A DNA stretch of 64,000 nt, taken from NCBI GenBank assembly GCA_038227875.1, contig JBBRPR010000001.1:160001-224000 (forward strand). Direction: 5' to 3'. A program made the translations under genes and the position numbers. Positions 9,976 to 18,514 of the stretch are shown here, piece after piece (positions within the stretch are counted from its first letter, which is position 1; every line of letters begins with the position of its first letter). The notes under the pieces are model-generated. The model saw only the letters and a list, made by a program, of their open reading frames with translations, had not been told where the DNA came from and searched no databases. Origin of the DNA: Planctomycetota bacterium (GTDB lineage: Bacteria > Planctomycetota > SZUA-567 > H5-PLA8).

Positions 9976-10341
9976 TCAAGGCGCCAGGTCCGTGGGCGAT
10001 GGCGGACTCGGCGGCGGCAGAGGCGTACGCGACGCGGTACTCAGCGTATTTCGTCCGCTGCTTGACGCTCGTGCGGGAACCGGGGCCAGCCGTGTCGACA
10101 TCCGCACGCGCCGCACGAAACGCCATTCCGACAGCGCGGCTTCCAGAGGCACGGCGTTGAGCATCGAGGGCGAATTCACGTGCGGCATCATCAACAGCAG
10201 CGCGCCGTCCTCGCGTTTGATCACCTGCACGCGCACCAGCTCGTTGTTTCCGCGCTCGCGGTAGAACTGCATCGCGGGATCGCAGCCAATGTATTGCGCG
10301 TAGTACACGCCGTCGTTGATCTCTCCCAAACTCATCGCCAT
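9976..10341 (-). CDS. Hypothetical protein
   Basis: GGAG SD; GC-biased third positions; Pro-rich tail. Confidence 0.6.
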   Translation of the reverse strand: MAMSLGEINDGVYYAQYIGCDPAMQFYRERGNNELVRVQVIKREDGALLLMMPHVNSPSMLNAVPLEAALSEWRFVRRVRMSTRLAPVPARASSSGRNTLSTASRTPLPPPSPPSPTDLAP

Positions 10342-10435
10342 CTTCAACTCTCCAAAACTCGTCTGCCGCCAGTGCGGACGCCAGAAGCAAGCGCCTGCAG
10401 CCTGAAAACTTCCGCTGTGGTTTCAGTTAACGGGT

Positions 10436-10759
10436 TCAGGCACGGGCGCGAGGAGGGGGCAGGAGAATTTCGAGCGTGGTATCGCTGCAGAAAAAGGAAT
10501 AGCTATCCACTGGCCGGGGCACTTGCACGCAATCGGGATCGGACTGAGCCAGGCGTTGGTCGTCGCATACCGAACCAATTGCCGAATTGTTGGCCTGAAT
10601 CAGAATGCCTTTGCGCTTGGAGGGCTTGTGCGTTTTGGCTGGAAATTGACTGCTTTGAGAAGTTATCACTGGCACAAGCATGTCGTGGAAATGCCCCGTC
10701 GGCATCGCGTACGACAGCACGAGGAGAAGGGAGAACGCGAGTTTTAGTCCATTTGCCAT
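10436..10759 (-). CDS. Small exported protein ending in PPPR (DUF2946/CutF-like architecture)
   Basis: Signal-like MANGLKLAFSLLLVLSYA, HFH, three Cys, C-terminal LLPPPRARA. Confidence 0.4.
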   Translation of the reverse strand: MANGLKLAFSLLLVLSYAMPTGHFHDMLVPVITSQSSQFPAKTHKPSKRKGILIQANNSAIGSVCDDQRLAQSDPDCVQVPRPVDSYSFFCSDTTLEILLPPPRARA

Positions 10760-10950
10760 CGTCACTGGCTCGACACAAATTCTGTGCCGAAAATTGATGG
10801 GCGCGTCGAGCCCTTGGTGGAAGTACAAGTTCCCCATAGCTTTTCATGACTGAGAGTCATTTTTGATAATGTTGCGCCTGTGCAGGACATGCAAATATAT
10901 ACGCGTAAAAGCGTCTCATTTTGCGAATCATCAAAGCCAATGCGACAGCC

Positions 10951-11817
10951 TCACCTGTCGTATTTTACTATTTCGAGACATAGCCCATGCGGTGGCGCGG
11001 TCGGTCCGGCTTTGCGACGATCGCGCGCGGCCAGCACGTCGGCCATCCATGCTGGAGCGCGGAATCCGCGTCCGACATCGACCAGTGAACCCATGATGGT
11101 TCGTACCATCTGATAAAGAAATCCGCTCCCTTCAATACGCATCACCAAACGGCCGGGGTAACTGTTGTCGGTTTCCAGCGCGATCGAACGGATCTCGCGT
11201 ACGGTTTCCAATTCGACTTTGCCTTCTTTTACGCGTGTCGCCTGAGTCTCGGTTAACCGGCTGGCAAACGACGTGAAATCGTGGACGCCGATCAGGGCCT
11301 GCGCAGCCGTACGCATTTTTTCGATGTCCAGCGGGAAGCGCACGTGCCAATGCGTGCGGCGCAGAATTGACGGTCGCTCGCGCCGATTGATCATCGCGTA
11401 CGTGTAGATTTTCCCCGACGAATCGCGCTGCGCATGAAAATCGTAAGGCATCTCTTCGGCCTTCAGCGCGACGACGTCTTTGTCCAGGTTGCTATTGAGC
11501 GCATGGCAGAGATCGGCCGTGGCGATGACCACGCCCGGTTCGAGCAGGAAGCTGGCGACTTGTCCGCGCGCGTGAACTCCGGCGTCCGTGCGGCTGGCGC
11601 CGGCGATGCGCACCGGCATCCCCGCCACACGGGCCAGCGCTGTCTCGACCGCGCCTTGCACCGATCGCGCTGTAAATTTCGCGCCCTCGCCAGGCTCACG
11701 GCCGCTCTGCAACTGCCAGCCGTTGAAGTCGGTGCCGTCGTATTCGAGGGTAAGTTTAATGCGCCGATCCGGAGCGGGAACGGAGTCGTTGGTCATTGGA
11801 GATTGGTCATCGGTCAT
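10951..11817 (-). CDS. truA: tRNA pseudouridine(38-40) synthase
   Basis: LEYDGTDFNGWQ, ASRTDAGVHARGQ, GFLYQMVR, AGPTAPPHGLCL; exact start uncertain because it lies in a heptamer array. Confidence 0.95.
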   Translation of the reverse strand: MTDDQSPMTNDSVPAPDRRIKLTLEYDGTDFNGWQLQSGREPGEGAKFTARSVQGAVETALARVAGMPVRIAGASRTDAGVHARGQVASFLLEPGVVIATADLCHALNSNLDKDVVALKAEEMPYDFHAQRDSSGKIYTYAMINRRERPSILRRTHWHVRFPLDIEKMRTAAQALIGVHDFTSFASRLTETQATRVKEGKVELETVREIRSIALETDNSYPGRLVMRIEGSGFLYQMVRTIMGSLVDVGRGFRAPAWMADVLAARDRRKAGPTAPPHGLCLEIVKYDR

Positions 11818-11971
11818 TGGTCATTTAACAGCGCTTCGCCAAGTGCAACGCGCGTCCTTAAATGACGTGAGTCTTGTGTGGGAGCGAAATTCAATAACTG
11901 AAGTGATGTCTGCGGCAAAGCGCCGTTAAATGAAAAATGAAAAATGACCAATGCCCAATGACCAATGACTC
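11783..11971. repeat. 189-bp fold-back element with ~58-bp imperfect terminal inverted repeats built partly from GTCATTG heptamers
   Basis: 11783-11840 pairs in register with 11914-11971; core TCATTTAACAGCGCTTCGCC / GGCAAAGCGCCGTTAAATGA. Confidence 0.85.
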
Positions 11972-11980
11972 TGTAACTGT

Positions 11981-12445
11981 TCATACGGAGACAAAGATCT
12001 CTTCGAACTCAACGCCCAGTCCTTCAAATTCGTGTTCAAAGCGGATCGGGCGGGCTTCGATGCCGATGCCTTCGTAGTCGCCGCCTTTCATCACGATCTC
12101 CAGCTTGAAGGCGCGGACGGGATAGCTGTCCTTGGGCAGTTTGACGTCGCCCAGCATCGCCCCCGACGGAGAGACGTTCAGCACCGTGGCGCTGCCGCAG
12201 TCGTAGACGGAGCCATCCATGAGGAGCACCTTGATATTCGCGTCGATCTTCACCGGCGCGCGGCGGGCTTTGCGGTAATGGGCGCGCAAATGGTCGAAGA
12301 AATCCGCGGAGCGTTCCGCGGCATGGAAGACATCATCATCGGGCACGGGGATCGCTTTCAGCTTGAGGCCGGTGTCGGCAATCGGTTTTCCGGTTCGCGC
12401 GGAAATGCGGCCGAGTCGTTTGGAAATACGTTTCGATTCAGACAT
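11981..12445 (-). CDS. PilZ domain-containing protein
   Basis: RKARR (RxxxR) and NVSPSG (D/NxSxxG) c-di-GMP motifs, GLGVEF end. Confidence 0.75.
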   Translation of the reverse strand: MSESKRISKRLGRISARTGKPIADTGLKLKAIPVPDDDVFHAAERSADFFDHLRAHYRKARRAPVKIDANIKVLLMDGSVYDCGSATVLNVSPSGAMLGDVKLPKDSYPVRAFKLEIVMKGGDYEGIGIEARPIRFEHEFEGLGVEFEEIFVSV

Positions 12446-12562
12446 GGAGTTCCTTCCGCAGGTGACGCCGGGGTTGAGGATACGGACGTGCGGCGGGAAT
12501 TCAAGAGTGTGCGGCGGTTTCCTCGTTTTAAATCTCACGCCCGGACGCCGCTCATGATCTCG

Positions 12563-12586
12563 CGCAAAGACGCAAAGACGCAAAGA
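12563..12586 (+). repeat. Octamer tandem repeat (CGCAAAGA)x3
   Basis: Three perfect copies in a divergent intergenic region. Confidence 0.8.
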
Positions 12587-12650
12587 ACAGAAATTGTTCT
12601 TTTACAATCGCGTTACCGACCGGCAGGCCGCGCCATTGTATGTTATCAGT

Positions 12651-13427
12651 ATGAAAACGCTGACGCTCTGCCTCCCCCTGCTCGTGCTCGTCCTGGCCCT
12701 GCATGCGATCGCTGAAGAGGCGAAGCCGGCATCCCTGGATCCGCGCACGCAAACACTCGCTGCCGTCCATCAAAAATTTGCGGATGCTTTTGCGGCAGCG
12801 TTTGGAAATGGCCCTGCACGGATAGAAACGTGGCATTCACCCACGCCATTCCTTTACGATCTATTTCATTTTCAAATGGAGGGCGACCGGCAGCATGTCG
12901 ACCGACTGAATCTTGTTGGAATGGTGATGCATGATGGAACTCCCGTCGTGTTCGAAATGCCCAAGACCGGTGTCGATAAAGCTGCGTACCGCAGAAATCT
13001 CTGGCCGCCGGACCAACTTGTGACTGCGGCGGTCGATGTAATTCCGTCGATGCCTGACAAGTTGACAAAATATGCCGTGCGAGCGCCAGATGACTATGAA
13101 TCAAAAGCCATCCAAAAGCTTCAAGAGGGCGAGCAGGTTGTAATCCAGACCACTGGGGATGAAATTCGCATGGTCGGCGCCATTCGTGCAGAAAAAAACT
13201 GCCTGGAATGCCACGTCTATCCAGAGAGTTCTACACGCTTCCACTATCAACGAGACAAGTTGCTTCTGGTGCCGCATCAAAAACCCGCGGTAAAGGAAGG
13301 CGACCTGCTCGGCGCCTTCACCTACCGCATCAAGCGCGCGGCCCCGGAAACAAAATCGGACGAGAACCCGTTGAAGAGTCTCGTCCGATTTCTGCAAGCC
13401 AACTCAAAACGCATCACTCAAAACTAA
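12651..13427 (+). CDS. Exported c-type heme-binding protein (DUF3365-like)
   Basis: Signal peptide; IRMVGAIRAEKNCLECH (CxxCH) and GDLLGAFTY. Confidence 0.65.
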   Translation: MKTLTLCLPLLVLVLALHAIAEEAKPASLDPRTQTLAAVHQKFADAFAAAFGNGPARIETWHSPTPFLYDLFHFQMEGDRQHVDRLNLVGMVMHDGTPVVFEMPKTGVDKAAYRRNLWPPDQLVTAAVDVIPSMPDKLTKYAVRAPDDYESKAIQKLQEGEQVVIQTTGDEIRMVGAIRAEKNCLECHVYPESSTRFHYQRDKLLLVPHQKPAVKEGDLLGAFTYRIKRAAPETKSDENPLKSLVRFLQANSKRITQN

Positions 13428-13433
13428 TAACTA
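13401..13433 (-). repeat. Degenerate heptamer repeat (AGTTTTG family)
   Basis: AACTCAA AACGCAT CACTCAA AACTAAT AACT at the junction of two convergent stop codons. Confidence 0.6.
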
Positions 13434-14183
13434 TTTACCTGCCGCCGCCTTGTCGAGGAAGAACGTCACCACGCCGCTGCATTTGCGGACCAGGCGCGAG
13501 ACCGGCGGATCGGTCGGCTCGGTTTCGCTGAAGATCTTCGCCAGCATCGGCGTTTTCTCCGCGCCTGTGGCGAGCACGAAAATGTTCTTCGCATTCCAGA
13601 TCACCGGCGAGGTAATGGTGATGCGCTTCACCGCCGGCTTGACTGCGGGGTTGAAGGAATTGGGATCGCAGGTCGTCGTCCACTTCACCACTTCCAGCGG
13701 CGCGGGCGTGCCGGGGAAAAGCGATGCGGTGTGGCCGTCGGGGCCGATGCCCAGCAGGATCAGATCGAAGACCGGGAAGCCATAACTGGGCTGGGTGAAC
13801 TGCGCGCGCAGCACCTTGTCAAACTTGTCGGCGCAGGCTTCGACTGTGCCGTCTGTCGAAATTGGGAAGACGTTCTCTTTGGGAATCGGCGCGCTGCTGA
13901 GCATCGCCTCGGTAGCCATGCGCAGATTGGAATCAGGGCTGTCGGTCTTCACGTGGCGTTCGTCGCCGAAGAAAATCTTCGTCTGCTTCCACGGCATGCG
14001 CTTCACCAGCGGTTCGGAGGCCATCAGACTGTAGGCGAGCTTCGGCGTCGAGCCGCCGGAAAGTGCGATGGTGAACGTCCCGGTGTTGGCCGCGGTCCGT
14101 TCCGCCAGAGCCACTATTTCCTCCGCTGCAGCCTTGCCGACCGCGGCATTGTCGGGACTGACATTCTGTATGAAATTTGGCAT
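13431..14183 (-). CDS. pgl: 6-phosphogluconolactonase
   Basis: ALSGGSTP, FFGDERHV, DSN, LLGIGPDGHTASLFP, RITIT. Confidence 0.95.
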   Translation of the reverse strand: MPNFIQNVSPDNAAVGKAAAEEIVALAERTAANTGTFTIALSGGSTPKLAYSLMASEPLVKRMPWKQTKIFFGDERHVKTDSPDSNLRMATEAMLSSAPIPKENVFPISTDGTVEACADKFDKVLRAQFTQPSYGFPVFDLILLGIGPDGHTASLFPGTPAPLEVVKWTTTCDPNSFNPAVKPAVKRITITSPVIWNAKNIFVLATGAEKTPMLAKIFSETEPTDPPVSRLVRKCSGVVTFFLDKAAAGK

Positions 14184-14235
14184 TGGCGCGAAGCCTCCCT
14201 TTTATAGAGTGAAGTCGAACCAACTTAACGATGCA

Positions 14236-14616
14236 CCTCGAAAGAGGCAAGAGGCGAACGGCCTGCAGTTTCGTAGTCCGGGCGTCCCGCCCGGTCTAAC
14301 CTCGGCACTCACCTGCCAATTGGCCATGCGGTTAAAACCCAACATGGGGACTGTAGTCCCTATCCACCTTTTAAATGGATGCTGAAGGTCAGCATCTGCA
14401 AATTTGCCAGAACCACTACTAATGGTAGTGTTGTACCCGTGGTACACCTTGTTGCAAATTTGCAACAAGGTCATTTTGACCTCCGGGCCACGTGGCCCGG
14501 AGGTCTCCTCCTCAATCGTTCGTTTAATGAATGGAACGCGCGAATTTCCGTGACTTTCGCGGTAGCCGGGTAGTCTTAGAAGTACTATTCCTTGTAACAG
14601 TTCCCACCGTGCGGGA
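14236..14616. promoter_or_regulatory. Palindrome-dense divergent intergenic region between pgl and an ECF sigma gene
   Basis: Perfect palindromes at 14446-14471 (26 bp) and 14478-14505 (28 bp) plus about ten shorter abutting inverted repeats; regulatory role inferred from position. Confidence 0.6.
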
Positions 14617-14635
14617 TCAGTAGTCACGAACGGGG

Positions 14636-16048
14636 ATGAAACGCTTGTCCAACGAGACGGTCACCCTAAGCACGACTGAGGCTCTTCGCTGCCTGGCGAA
14701 GGGGCCGGATGATCATGCTTGGACGACAGTTCTGGACCGGCATGGCGTGGAAATTCTGCACGCCACCCAACGCATCCTTGGCGATCCCATGTCCGCGGAA
14801 GACGCCTGTCAGGAAACACTTCTGCAGATTCGCGATCGGGCGTCGCAGTTTCGCGGCCGACCCGGCGCTCCGGACACGATGGCGAGGAACTGGATCATGC
14901 GCATCGCATGCAACACGGCGCTTCACATGCTGCGCCAGCGAAGACGCTCCAAGCTGCGCGAACAGAACGTCGCGCGCGAAGCGCCACAGCTGGTCGACGC
15001 GCCCGACCACAATCCCAATCCCAACGACGAACTCGCGCAGCGCGTTCGCGCCGAGCTGGCCGAACTACCCGAGAAGCAGCGCCTGCCGCTGGTGCTCCAT
15101 TTCTTCGCCGGATTGAATTACGAACAAATCTCGCTCGAATTGCGCTGCGGCGCCGGCGCTGCCCGCGTGCGCGTCCACCGCGCGCTGGAAAAACTGCGCG
15201 AACGCATGGCGCTCGTCGGCTTCGTCGTCACCACCGCGGCGCTCTACACGCTGCTCTCCAGCTCCACGGCCTCGGCCGCCGAAGCGGTCTTAAGCCCCGA
15301 ACGCTTCGCCCGCTGGCACGGTCTGCTGATGAGCTCCCAGCACGCCGCGATTAATGTTGTCACCGATCCGGGCTTCACCGCCGTCAGCAAGATCGGCTTT
15401 GCGGCCGCCGCCTCGGCCGTCTGTGGATCGATCGCGCTAACCTGCGGCCAGAAAGCGCCGGCCCAGCCGCAGTCGCCGAACCCGACGCCGCTCACCACGC
15501 AAATTCAGCCTGCCGCGGAGCGCGAATCCGCCAACTCGTCACCGGCGACGCGTCCGTCAGCCGAGCCAAAATTGCCCGCGTCGGCAACCGTCGGATCCGC
15601 GGCTGCGAAGACCACTCCGGTTTCCAAATCGACTCAGGAAGTCGCGAAAGCTCCCGCGGTCATCGCGCCAGAGCCGCCACCGAGCGCCAAACCCGCGCAA
15701 CGCCGCACGGCCGCCGAAAAAGCCGAACGCGCCGCCGCGCGAACCGCGGCTGCCAATGCGCGTAACGACGGCAGCGCTTACAACCCCAGCGAAACGGTCG
15801 AGAACGAACTGGCCTCACCGCTGGCGCAGCTTGAAATGGTGCGGATGATGCAGCACGAATTGAACCTCCGCGTCGCGCGCATCCACGACAACATCCGCGC
15901 GCACGGCATGCTCACCGTTGAAGACCAGATGCATCTGCAGCGCGCCGCGGATGAGCAGAATGAACTCGCCAATCTGGTCCGGCACCTCAGCGATGAAATC
16001 CGCTACTGCCAGCCGCCCGAAAGCGAACACGCGGGGCTGGGCAAGTAA
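14636..16048 (+). CDS. ECF RNA polymerase sigma factor with long C-terminal extension
   Basis: AEDACQETLL...WIMRIACN (sigma2); LAELPEKQR...GLNYEQIS...VRVHRALEKLR (sigma4); then hydrophobic segments and a Pro/Ala linker. Confidence 0.88.
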   Translation: MKRLSNETVTLSTTEALRCLAKGPDDHAWTTVLDRHGVEILHATQRILGDPMSAEDACQETLLQIRDRASQFRGRPGAPDTMARNWIMRIACNTALHMLRQRRRSKLREQNVAREAPQLVDAPDHNPNPNDELAQRVRAELAELPEKQRLPLVLHFFAGLNYEQISLELRCGAGAARVRVHRALEKLRERMALVGFVVTTAALYTLLSSSTASAAEAVLSPERFARWHGLLMSSQHAAINVVTDPGFTAVSKIGFAAAASAVCGSIALTCGQKAPAQPQSPNPTPLTTQIQPAAERESANSSPATRPSAEPKLPASATVGSAAAKTTPVSKSTQEVAKAPAVIAPEPPPSAKPAQRRTAAEKAERAAARTAAANARNDGSAYNPSETVENELASPLAQLEMVRMMQHELNLRVARIHDNIRAHGMLTVEDQMHLQRAADEQNELANLVRHLSDEIRYCQPPESEHAGLGK

Positions 16049-16065
16049 ATTCATTCAGCGAAAAA

Positions 16066-17553
16066 TCAACGAACCCGGGCCGCGCGAACAACGCGGCCCT
16101 TTTTAATTTCCAGCCGATGCGTGATGCAGTGCGGCAGTTCGCTGGCGTAATGCGTGACAATCACCAGCGCCGTCTGCGCCTGGGAACAGAACGCGTCGAT
16201 CGCGCGGAGCACCAATTCCTGCGCGGCGGCGTCGAGACCCTGACAAGGCTCATCGAGCACCACGAGCCGGCGCGGCTTGACCAGTGCTCGCGCCAGCAGC
16301 GCGAGGCGTTGCTGCGCATCGGAAAGCACGCGGAACGGCCGGTCGGCGGCGGCGCTTAAGCCGAAGTACTCCAGCCACTTTCGCGCGATTCGCTCCTGGG
16401 AGCGCGAGCAGTTCTGATAGAGGCCGAGCGTTTCGAAAAAGCCGGTGCAGACAAATTCGAGCGCCGACGTTTGCGTGCCATAGTGGAGTGCGATGTCCGG
16501 CGAAGCCCAGCCGACCATCGCCTTGAGTTCAAAGAGCGCGAAGTCGTGGCGCGGGCGGTCGAAGAGGCGGACATCCTGCGCGAAGGCCTGCGGGTGGTCG
16601 CCGTTGAGCAGACTCAGCATCGTCGTTTTGCCTGCGCCGTTGGGGCCGGAGACCGACCAACGCTCGCCGGATTTCACGGTCCAGTCGATGCGCTTCAAAA
16701 TCGAGACGCCGCTCATGCTTAGGTTGATGTCGGTGAGTTCGATGACTGGCGCGGCGGCATTAAGTTTCCTCGTGCGTTGTTTGGTCAGCGGCGGTTTCAC
16801 GCGCGGCGCCGGAGCAAACGTTGCGCGCTCGAAGCGCTTGGCCTGAGCGGTACCGAGCTTCGCCGTGCCAAGCACTTCACCTCCGCGCAGGTAAAGCGCG
16901 TGGGTCAGGCCGCGCGGGAGTTCCCACGGGCGCGCGGTAAGGAAGAGTACCGGTTGGCCATGACGCATGATTTTGGAGAGCGATTGCATCAGACCAGCGC
17001 GGCCAGCGACGTCCAGACCGATGAACGGCTCGTCGAGTACCAGCAGCGCCGGTCGGAGCAGCAGCGCGCGAGCGATCAGCAGGCGGCGCATCTCGCCGGT
17101 GGAAAGATGGAGCGTCTGACGCTGGAGCAGGCGGCCGATGCGCAGGAGTTTCACGACGTGAGCGAGGCGCTGCTTCGCATCGGAGCTCCGTCCGGCCGCG
17201 CCGCGCAGTACGCGGCCGGCGGTGGCGGTGCGGTCTTCGTCGCCGATGTACCAGCGCGATTGGTAATAGCTGTCAGATTGCGCCACGAACTCACGGTGGA
17301 GGTGGAACGAGACGCTGGCGATGCGTTCGCACGGATCGCGCTTGCCATCGTCGAAGCCGTAGCGGATCTCGCCGCTGCTGGCCACTTCTCCAGCGAGCGC
17401 CGCCGCGAAGCTCGATTTCCCCGACCCATTCGCGCCGACGATCGCCCAGTTTTCGCCGGGAAGCATGCGCCAGGTCAGGTTGTTGAGAACAGTTTCGTCG
17501 CCGCGGTGGATGCTGACGGCGTCGAGGTCGAGCACGAAGGATTCGGGGTTCAT
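16066..17553 (-). CDS. Dual-cassette ABC ATP-binding protein (ModF-like)
   Basis: Two Walker A motifs (GANGSGKS, GPNGAGKT), LSTGE/LSDAQ signatures, two LDEP, LLNGDHPQ. Confidence 0.85.
   Translation of the reverse strand: MNPESFVLDLDAVSIHRGDETVLNNLTWRMLPGENWAIVGANGSGKSSFAAALAGEVASSGEIRYGFDDGKRDPCERIASVSFHLHREFVAQSDSYYQSRWYIGDEDRTATAGRVLRGAAGRSSDAKQRLAHVVKLLRIGRLLQRQTLHLSTGEMRRLLIARALLLRPALLVLDEPFIGLDVAGRAGLMQSLSKIMRHGQPVLFLTARPWELPRGLTHALYLRGGEVLGTAKLGTAQAKRFERATFAPAPRVKPPLTKQRTRKLNAAAPVIELTDINLSMSGVSILKRIDWTVKSGERWSVSGPNGAGKTTMLSLLNGDHPQAFAQDVRLFDRPRHDFALFELKAMVGWASPDIALHYGTQTSALEFVCTGFFETLGLYQNCSRSQERIARKWLEYFGLSAAADRPFRVLSDAQQRLALLARALVKPRRLVVLDEPCQGLDAAAQELVLRAIDAFCSQAQTALVIVTHYASELPHCITHRLEIKKGRVVRAARVR
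16077..16104 (+). terminator. Probable intrinsic terminator
   Basis: GGGCCGCG-CGAACAA-CGCGGCCC followed by TTTTT, downstream of the sigma gene. Confidence 0.6.
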
Positions 17554-17556
17554 GGG

Positions 17557-18138
17557 TTAGCTTTTACTGTCGGAATTGGAGTCGTCCAGCCCGACGAGGC
17601 GGCGCAACTCGTCCTGTTCGCTGAGTTGTTGAACTAAAGTGGGATCCTCGCGAATGCCAAGTTCAAGGCTCAGCTCTTTGGCAAAGCATTTTGCCTCGGA
17701 CTTACTTCGCGTCTCCAAAACGGTGGCTTCATTAGTTTTAAAAATGAGTCGCACGGAATATGCAGTAAACGTTTCATCATCGCTCCGTTCCTGCGCGGTG
17801 ATGACGCATGAAACGAGCTCGCTCAGCTTGTTGTCTGATACTTTGGAAGGGATGCGTCCGTTCTTCCAGACTTTCAAGACGCCTTCGCGGCGATCGATTA
17901 CAAGATGTTCGTTTTGAAAAATTGCCATGATTCCAATGAGGCCCATCGCAGAGAGAACCGCAATGGCAAGGAATGCAAGGATCCAGCCAATGGCATCATT
18001 GGGGAGGCGGTAGGAAAATAATTTGTAGGCAAGAATGCCGCAAACGATCAGCAGCACCAATCCGAAGCAGAACATTATCCAATTATAAGGTTCGCGAAAT
18101 TCGACAACGCTGGGATCGGTGGATGGCATGCGTCGCAT
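17557..18138 (-). CDS. Hypothetical membrane protein (two TM helices plus soluble beta domain)
   Basis: Two hydrophobic helices; more AT-rich than its neighbours. Confidence 0.7.
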   Translation of the reverse strand: MRRMPSTDPSVVEFREPYNWIMFCFGLVLLIVCGILAYKLFSYRLPNDAIGWILAFLAIAVLSAMGLIGIMAIFQNEHLVIDRREGVLKVWKNGRIPSKVSDNKLSELVSCVITAQERSDDETFTAYSVRLIFKTNEATVLETRSKSEAKCFAKELSLELGIREDPTLVQQLSEQDELRRLVGLDDSNSDSKS

Positions 18139-18197
18139 TCATTTCTTTTAGCGGTATAGGTGAATCTTGCGAACGAAATGGCAGCCGCGCGAGAGTC

Positions 18198-18393
18198 GGG
18201 CGCCCTTCCAAGGCGCGGCTCATCCGAGCGGATTGGACCAAGGGCTGCCGCCCATGGCTATTGACGGTCGGCCTTCCAGGCCGAGAGCAACGGTAACGGC
18301 GGGGCGCTTTTGTGTATTCAACGCCGCAGGAACCATCCACCTTGGGATGCGAGGTCGCACTGGTGGCTAAACGGACAGCCACCAGTGGCACAC
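18198..18393 (+). repeat. Composite REP-like element, copy 1
   Basis: Modules GACCAAGGGCTGCCGCCCATGGCTA...CGGCCTTCCAGGCCG and GCACTGGTGGCTA...CAGCCACCAGTGGCACAC recur inverted at 56434-56609. Confidence 0.85.
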
Positions 18394-18514
18394 AACTGCA
18401 GCCTCAATTGCAACCGCCAATGTTTAGAACGCTAACATAGTGCCCGAACATTATAGGTGTGACCTAAACGAGGGGTCCGCTATAAAGTAAAGGGGCCAAC
18501 TCAGCAGCGGGAAA

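Noticed and set aside
14202..14627. 141-aa ORF across the palindromic spacer
   Set aside because: No recognisable motif or coding-like codon bias; better explained as non-coding, though not excluded.
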